Source of the DNA: an uncultured Rhodopirellula sp.
Lineage (GTDB): Bacteria; Planctomycetota; Planctomycetia; Pirellulales; Pirellulaceae
Direction of reading: 5' to 3'
DNA: 64,000 bases
Assembly: GCA_964007735.1 (NCBI GenBank)
Contig: CAXGAI010000011.1
Location: 62,001 to 126,000 of the forward strand
A program made the position numbers and the translations under genes. Positions within the stretch are counted from its first letter, which is position 1. Every line of letters begins with the position of its first letter. Positions 58,855-64,000 of this stretch are shown one piece after another. Below the pieces are notes generated by a model. The model saw only the letters and a list, made by a program, of their open reading frames with translations. It had not been told where the DNA came from and did no database searches.

Positions 58855-59978
58855 TGCCCGATTCCCGATTAACAAAACTTGCCAGAGTACTGGTTAACTA
58901 CTCAGCCGAAGTCGTCGCCGGTGATTTGGTTCGAATTGTCGGTAGTCCACTGTCAGAACCACTGCTGCTGGAACTGTACCAAGCTTGTCTGGAAGCAAAT
59001 GCGCATCCCTACGTGCTCATGCAACCTGACGCCTGTGGTGAACTTCTCTTTGAATATGGAAGCGACGAACAGATCGGTTATCAGAGCTCTCTGGTACAAC
59101 ACGAAATAGAAACGATTGATGTAGCCATTAGCCTTTGGGGAAGTAGTAACACGAAAGCTCTGTCTCGATTTGGCCCCGATAAACTGGCAAAGAAGAGTCA
59201 GGCTCGGAAAACGTATATGGAAACATTCCTAAGCCGAAGTGCTTCTGGAGATCTACGCTGGACAGGTTCTCAATTTCCATGTCAGGCTTCGGCCCAAGAT
59301 GCTGAAATGTCACTTCGACAATACGAAGATTTTGTTTTCAAAGCCGGCTTATTACATCTTGATGACCCCGTTACGGCTTGGAAAGAGCTGAGCGTCAGAC
59401 AACAACGACTTGTTGATTACCTGAATGGAAAAAATGAAATTCGATTTGTGACTCCGCAGGGTACCGATCTGACGCTTTGCGTTCAGGACCGACTCTGGTT
59501 AAACAGCGACGGCAAGAAAAACTTTCCCGATGGAGAAGTTTTTACAGGCCCGATCGAGTCTGCTACAGAAGGTACTGTGTTTTATAGCTTTCCAGCGGTA
59601 CACGGAGGCCGCGAAAGCGATGGTATTGAATTAACATTTGAAGGTGGCCGTGTTGTAGAGGCCAAGGCCAGAAAAGGCGAGAAATTCCTCATCGACATGC
59701 TGGATCAGGACGCGGGAGCACGAGTTCTTGGTGAAATCGCTATCGGGACAAATTACTCGATTACTGAATACACAAAAAACACTCTTTTTGATGAAAAGAT
59801 CGGCGGCACATTCCATGCCGCAGTAGGCGCTTCCTATCCCGAAACCGGGGGACTTAACGAATCCGGACTTCACTGGGATATGGTTTGTGACCTCAGAGAA
59901 GGTGGGCAAATTTTTGTCGACGGAGAACTCATTAGCGAAAATGGACGATTCCTCAATGACGCCTGGCCCCAACCATAA
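58854..59978 (+). CDS. M29 thermophilic metalloprotease / aminopeptidase (AmpS/AmpT type)
   Basis: KLARVLVNYS, NFPDGEVFTGP, LGEIAIG, LFDEKIGGTFHAAVG.SY and S.LHWDM. It overlaps the NUDIX stop (TAATG). Confidence 0.93.
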   Translation: MPDSRLTKLARVLVNYSAEVVAGDLVRIVGSPLSEPLLLELYQACLEANAHPYVLMQPDACGELLFEYGSDEQIGYQSSLVQHEIETIDVAISLWGSSNTKALSRFGPDKLAKKSQARKTYMETFLSRSASGDLRWTGSQFPCQASAQDAEMSLRQYEDFVFKAGLLHLDDPVTAWKELSVRQQRLVDYLNGKNEIRFVTPQGTDLTLCVQDRLWLNSDGKKNFPDGEVFTGPIESATEGTVFYSFPAVHGGRESDGIELTFEGGRVVEAKARKGEKFLIDMLDQDAGARVLGEIAIGTNYSITEYTKNTLFDEKIGGTFHAAVGASYPETGGLNESGLHWDMVCDLREGGQIFVDGELISENGRFLNDAWPQP

Positions 59979-60025
59979 GTCTCCCATATTTTGCAGACGC
60001 TCAGAACTAAGAAACAACGACCTCA

Positions 60026-61048
60026 ATGCCTCACTATCCCCCGCTTTCCAAAGTCGATCTGCCAATTTTGGTTACCGGTATCGCCGGCGTCGCCGGATAT
60101 AACGCATTTCACTACTACTCACGGCTGTACTCTGGAAATGTAATTGGGATTCGTCGCGATGAATACTGGCCGCTTACCGGTGAGGGTATTGTTGGCTGCG
60201 ATATTATTAATAAAGAAAAATTATTGAAATTGTTTCGGCAACATCAATTTCGTTCCGTTATGAGCGGCCTCGGAACGTGTCGCTTGAAATCATGCGAACT
60301 TGATCCAGCCATGGCCCATCGTGTGAACGTGGATGGTATTAACAACTTACTCGAAGCAATCCACAGCCTGTCTCACCCCGTTAAACTGGTACATCTATCT
60401 ACCGACCTCGTTTTTTCCGGGGACGGGAATGGCGACTACACCGAGGACGTAACGCCAGACCCCGTCACCATCTATGGCAAAACAATGGTTAAAGCGGAGG
60501 AACTTATCACTCGTCGACACCCCTCGGCTTGCATCCTGCGGATTTCTTTACCGATGGGAATTAGTTTTAGTGGTCATGCAGGTGCAATTGATTGGATCCA
60601 ATCAAGGTTTATTAAAAACAAACCGGCTACTTTATATTTTGATGAAGTCAGGACTCCGCAATACACCGACTGCCTCAACAAACTTACGCACTGGGCATTA
60701 ACGAATGATTTATCGGGTCTTTATCATGCGGGAGGCCCACAGTCGCTAAGCCTTTATGAGATTGCTCAAATCGTTAATCGCTTAGGTGGATACAATCCTG
60801 ACAATCTGCAGGGATGTCCCCGTGTTGATGCCGGGCCAATACCTCCTCGTGCTGGAAACGTGTCGCTTAATAGTAACAGATTAATTGAAAAACTTGGATT
60901 CAAACCTTTTGATGCCTGGCCTGCTAAAGGCCTCTACCTTCCCACAAGCCAAAATTGGCATTATGAGACCGATACAACCATTAAAGGTTCTCCAGAATTA
61001 CTGAAATCAATTCTGTACAAGAACCCCAATGAAGAAAACTATTTGTAA
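60026..61048 (+). CDS. RmlD-like extended SDR (dTDP-4-dehydrorhamnose reductase family), atypical
   Basis: ILVTGIAGVAG, CELDP..A..VN, VHLSTDLVF.G, P...YGK, DEVRTP and GLYH.GG. Confidence 0.78.
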   Translation: MPHYPPLSKVDLPILVTGIAGVAGYNAFHYYSRLYSGNVIGIRRDEYWPLTGEGIVGCDIINKEKLLKLFRQHQFRSVMSGLGTCRLKSCELDPAMAHRVNVDGINNLLEAIHSLSHPVKLVHLSTDLVFSGDGNGDYTEDVTPDPVTIYGKTMVKAEELITRRHPSACILRISLPMGISFSGHAGAIDWIQSRFIKNKPATLYFDEVRTPQYTDCLNKLTHWALTNDLSGLYHAGGPQSLSLYEIAQIVNRLGGYNPDNLQGCPRVDAGPIPPRAGNVSLNSNRLIEKLGFKPFDAWPAKGLYLPTSQNWHYETDTTIKGSPELLKSILYKNPNEENYL

Positions 61049-61169
61049 ACCTTTGGTGTTTTCGTCGCCTTAGGTTGATACGAAACCTATAATGAATGCA
61101 GCATTGATTACAGGCTAATTGCCACCACTTCCACCGTACGCCTTAGCACATAACGCATACACGATTACT

Positions 61170-61901
61170 ATGGGTATCCGATTTATTTGTCCGAGTTGCG
61201 ACAGCAAACTAAATGTAAAATCCTATCTGGCTGGCAAACGTGGTATTTGCCCCAAATGCGATGCGAGAATCCGGATTCCTCTTGAATCCAAAATTGGAAA
61301 CCAACCGGCCGAGCTAGCTGGTGATAGAAATCGAACCGCCAAAAGCATTGCTGCCTGTATTGCTGAAAAACCGAAGGTGAAGTGGTATGTACGCCCTGCT
61401 GATGGTGGCGAATTCGGCCCGGCCCCGGGAGAGATGATTCAAGTATGGGCTAATGAAAATCGAATTGATCATCGCACAAGTTTACGTCGCGATGACTGGC
61501 TCAACTGGCAACCTGCCGCGAACATCTTTACCGAGTTTCAAAAAGACATCAAGCTTTCAGTATCTCCCGCTGCGGAACAGAATCAAGACGGTACACAAAC
61601 CGAGTTAAAATCGGATAGCTCGATCGCCGTACTGGAACGTCCCGTTGAATCGGTTGAAAATCCAAATGTTGATCCCGTTGGGTTTGAAGATGAAAGTTTC
61701 TTTGAAGCTCTAGAGACAAACTCTGTTGGTATCGACCGCGGCGCAAACTTTTCGAACCTTCAGGTTGAAAACTCAACACTTGCTCACCACAACATCCGTA
61801 GAAATGATGCCTCCGGAAACAAAATAAAGGGAGTCATTCTGGCATTCCTTTCGATTGTTTTACTGGGATCGTTAGTGGCAGTCGTTATTCTTTCACAGTA
61901 G
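61170..61901 (+). CDS. Zinc-ribbon + GYF_2 (DUF4339)-like protein with a C-terminal TM segment
   Basis: CPSC..KL.VK..LAGKRGICPKC; WYVRP..G.EFGP...W..E.RI...W..WQPA; C-terminal hydrophobic helix. The ORF track starts at 61119. Confidence 0.78.
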   Translation: MGIRFICPSCDSKLNVKSYLAGKRGICPKCDARIRIPLESKIGNQPAELAGDRNRTAKSIAACIAEKPKVKWYVRPADGGEFGPAPGEMIQVWANENRIDHRTSLRRDDWLNWQPAANIFTEFQKDIKLSVSPAAEQNQDGTQTELKSDSSIAVLERPVESVENPNVDPVGFEDESFFEALETNSVGIDRGANFSNLQVENSTLAHHNIRRNDASGNKIKGVILAFLSIVLLGSLVAVVILSQ

Positions 61902-61982
61902 GATAGAACACAAATCAAAGTCTGATCCCCCACATCGCTAGTCACTTCAGCCGGCTTACAACTCCAAAGGAAATTATCAAAC

Positions 61983-62558
61983 ATGTTGCGTCTTAATAAA
62001 CTGACGGTTTTAGCTCTTGCAATCCTTGTAACTGCCCCTGCCTTGCAGGGAGCAGAAAAGACCAAAAAGGTCGCTGCCAAAGATATCACACTGAATGTCC
62101 CCACTTCCTGGAAACAATCTCCGGCAAGTAATAATCTGCGTACTGCACAGTTCGCCATTCCTAAAGCCGAGGGGGACAAAGATGATGCCGAACTAGTCGT
62201 ATACTTCTTTGGCGGAGCTGGTGGAGGCGTGAACGCCAACCTCGAACGTTGGTCTGGGCAATTTCAGCCCGGCGGTAAAAAACAAAAAATCTACAAGGGT
62301 GAATCTAAACAGGGTGAATACTATCTATTGGACATTACGGGGGTATACAACAAGCCTATTGGACCGCCAATTAATCGCCAGACAAACCCAACTCCGGGTT
62401 ACCAAATGCTCGCCGTCGTATTGATGGTCAAAGATAAAGGAAACTACTTCCTTAAACTGACTGGCCCCCAAAAGACCGTCGCCTCAGCAGCCCAAGCTCT
62501 GCGAATCGCAATCGATGCTGATGCAACCAAAGAAGCTGAGCTGAAACCCGAGAAATAG
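61983..62558 (+). CDS. Exported hypothetical protein
   Basis: AAGGA ribosome-binding site, signal peptide and VPTSW...LRTAQF.IP...AELVV..F..GG.V.AN.ERW.GQF...YFLKLTGP. Confidence 0.75.
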   Translation: MLRLNKLTVLALAILVTAPALQGAEKTKKVAAKDITLNVPTSWKQSPASNNLRTAQFAIPKAEGDKDDAELVVYFFGGAGGGVNANLERWSGQFQPGGKKQKIYKGESKQGEYYLLDITGVYNKPIGPPINRQTNPTPGYQMLAVVLMVKDKGNYFLKLTGPQKTVASAAQALRIAIDADATKEAELKPEK

Positions 62559-62636
62559 AAATTGAATCAGTCGTGTCGTTGAAGTCAGGCGCCCGCAGAT
62601 TCAACAGACGAGTTCCCGAGGAAGCAAACGCCAACG

Positions 62637-63707
62637 ATGGCCATTGCACCTGAGCAAACATTACAGTGGGTAGGTGACTCCAAAGGTCATCTATCTCTTA
62701 TTGATCAAACGCTGCTACCAACGCAATTGCAGCCTGCAGATTGCCACACGGTGGAAGCGGTTTGGGAAGCTATTAAAGTCCTACGCGTACGGGGTGCACC
62801 AGCAATCGGGATCGCTGCTGCGTACGGCGTATGCGTCGGCATACAAACACTTGATTTCTGCACTGCTTCCCATGCCCAGCTACGCCAACGCATTGATGAA
62901 GTTACGTCTTATCTTGCAACCAGCAGGCCGACAGCAGTCAATCTATTCTGGGCACTGGAACGCATGTCCGGCAAAGCTAAGTCCCTGTCGGAAGCCGAGT
63001 TTTCTGTCAAACAGATAGCCGACGCATTATTGCAGGAAGCAAAGAGTATTCATGATGAAGATCGGGCTATGTGTCATGCGATCGGACAACATGGTGCCGA
63101 ACTTTTATTTGACGGAATGGGCATTATTACCCACTGCAATGCAGGCGGCTTAGCAACCAGCGAGTATGGTACCGCTCTCTCCCTCTTCTTCACTGCGCAG
63201 GATCAGGGCAAAGAGCTAACGGTCTTTGTGGATGAAACGCGACCATTGCTACAAGGAGCTCGGTTAACAGCCTGGGAACTTCTGCGGCGAAACATCAGTA
63301 CCGTGCTCATTTGCGACAACATGGCGGCACAAGTCATGCGTGAAGGAAAGGCACAGGTCGTGGTAACCGGTGCCGACCGAATTGCGGCCAATGGTGACAC
63401 CGCCAACAAAATCGGAACTTATGGCTTGGCAATTCTGGCTCAACATCACGGTATACCATTTTATGTTGCTGCTCCTAGTAACACCTTCGATCTGAATCTA
63501 GAATCGGGTGACCTGATCCCTATCGAAGTCCGCACTGATGAAGAGATAACGAATGGCTTTGGCCGGCAAACTGGCCCTGAGGGCGTCGCCACGTACAACC
63601 CGGCTTTTGATGTTACGCCAGCCAATCTGATCGCTGGCATCGTCACTGAAAAAGGTGTTATCAGTCCAGTTAATAACGAAAATATCCTGCAGATATTACA
63701 AAGCTAA
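62637..63707 (+). CDS. mtnA: S-methyl-5-thioribose-1-phosphate isomerase
   Basis: LIDQTLLP, VRGAPAIG, RPTAVNLFWA, THCNAGGLAT, DETRPLLQGARLT, GADRIAANGD.ANKIGT and NPAFDVTP. Confidence 0.96.
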   Translation: MAIAPEQTLQWVGDSKGHLSLIDQTLLPTQLQPADCHTVEAVWEAIKVLRVRGAPAIGIAAAYGVCVGIQTLDFCTASHAQLRQRIDEVTSYLATSRPTAVNLFWALERMSGKAKSLSEAEFSVKQIADALLQEAKSIHDEDRAMCHAIGQHGAELLFDGMGIITHCNAGGLATSEYGTALSLFFTAQDQGKELTVFVDETRPLLQGARLTAWELLRRNISTVLICDNMAAQVMREGKAQVVVTGADRIAANGDTANKIGTYGLAILAQHHGIPFYVAAPSNTFDLNLESGDLIPIEVRTDEEITNGFGRQTGPEGVATYNPAFDVTPANLIAGIVTEKGVISPVNNENILQILQS

Positions 63708-63709
63708 AC

Positions 63710-64000
63710 TTACTCCTGCAAATACATTCGCCGCTCGTTTCTCTGCTTCAGAAGAAACTCCAGTAAACTCATATCGAGCGAGCCATCCTGTTTTCGAAGA
63801 ACATTTTGTGTCGGACGTTCAACCTCTGCTCTAGTCACCAACATCAGCCTGATTGCTTCAGCTTCCGTTTCGCTCAACTGAGCCGTAAGCTTTGAATCTA
63901 TCGACGACTCCAGCTTCTTGAGACTATTAACGGCCATCCACCTCGGAGCATCATAGGGATCGTTCAACCCATAAGCTAAAATACTGCCTTGCCAGGTGCG
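63710..64000 (-). CDS. C-terminal fragment of a protein cut by the right window edge; HEAT-like end resembling planctomycete 'cytochrome c precursor' proteins
   Basis: The frame stays open to the edge: RTWQGSILAYGLNDPYDAPRWMAVNSLKKL...LLKQRNERRMYLQE*. No heme motif is visible in the fragment, so the product is tentative. Confidence 0.55.
   Translation of the reverse strand, partial: RTWQGSILAYGLNDPYDAPRWMAVNSLKKLESSIDSKLTAQLSETEAEAIRLMLVTRAEVERPTQNVLRKQDGSLDMSLLEFLLKQRNERRMYLQE

Noticed and set aside
61784..62239. 151-aa minus-strand ORF
   Set aside because: Antisense to two well-supported plus-strand genes.

Overview
Gene-dense bacterial chromosomal segment, almost certainly from a planctomycete (Pirellulales-like). 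The evidence is three DUF1549/DUF1553 (PSCyt) cytochrome-domain genes, two DUF1501 genes, a DUF1598 gene, a BBP7-like beta-barrel gene and a LEPRxLL-type giant surface protein. It holds about 47 CDS, two of them cut by the window edges. Housekeeping and metabolic genes include a stand-alone fusA, fumC, a uronate isomerase, a tartrate/malate-type decarboxylating dehydrogenase, a ThDP decarboxylase, M16/M28/M29 peptidase-family genes, apbE, ygfZ, a NUDIX hydrolase and mtnA. These are mixed with many exported proteins of unknown function. I saw no rRNA, tRNA, CRISPR array, transposase, integrase or prophage. Four items stand out. (1) A lipoprotein with glutaminyl-cyclase motifs, together with Gln directly after the predicted signal-peptide cut in most Sec-exported proteins here, suggests a Bacteroidetes-like 'Q-rule' pyroglutamylation system in a planctomycete. 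(2) A 1629-aa surface protein carries a cyclophilin near one end and a CxxC thioredoxin-fold domain at the other. (3) A five-gene heme/FG-GAP/TPR/CRTAC1/DUF3179 envelope cluster. (4) Several enzymes with altered catalytic residues (LarA-like, RmlD-like, ThDP GEG). All family assignments come from motif recognition by eye, not from database searches.
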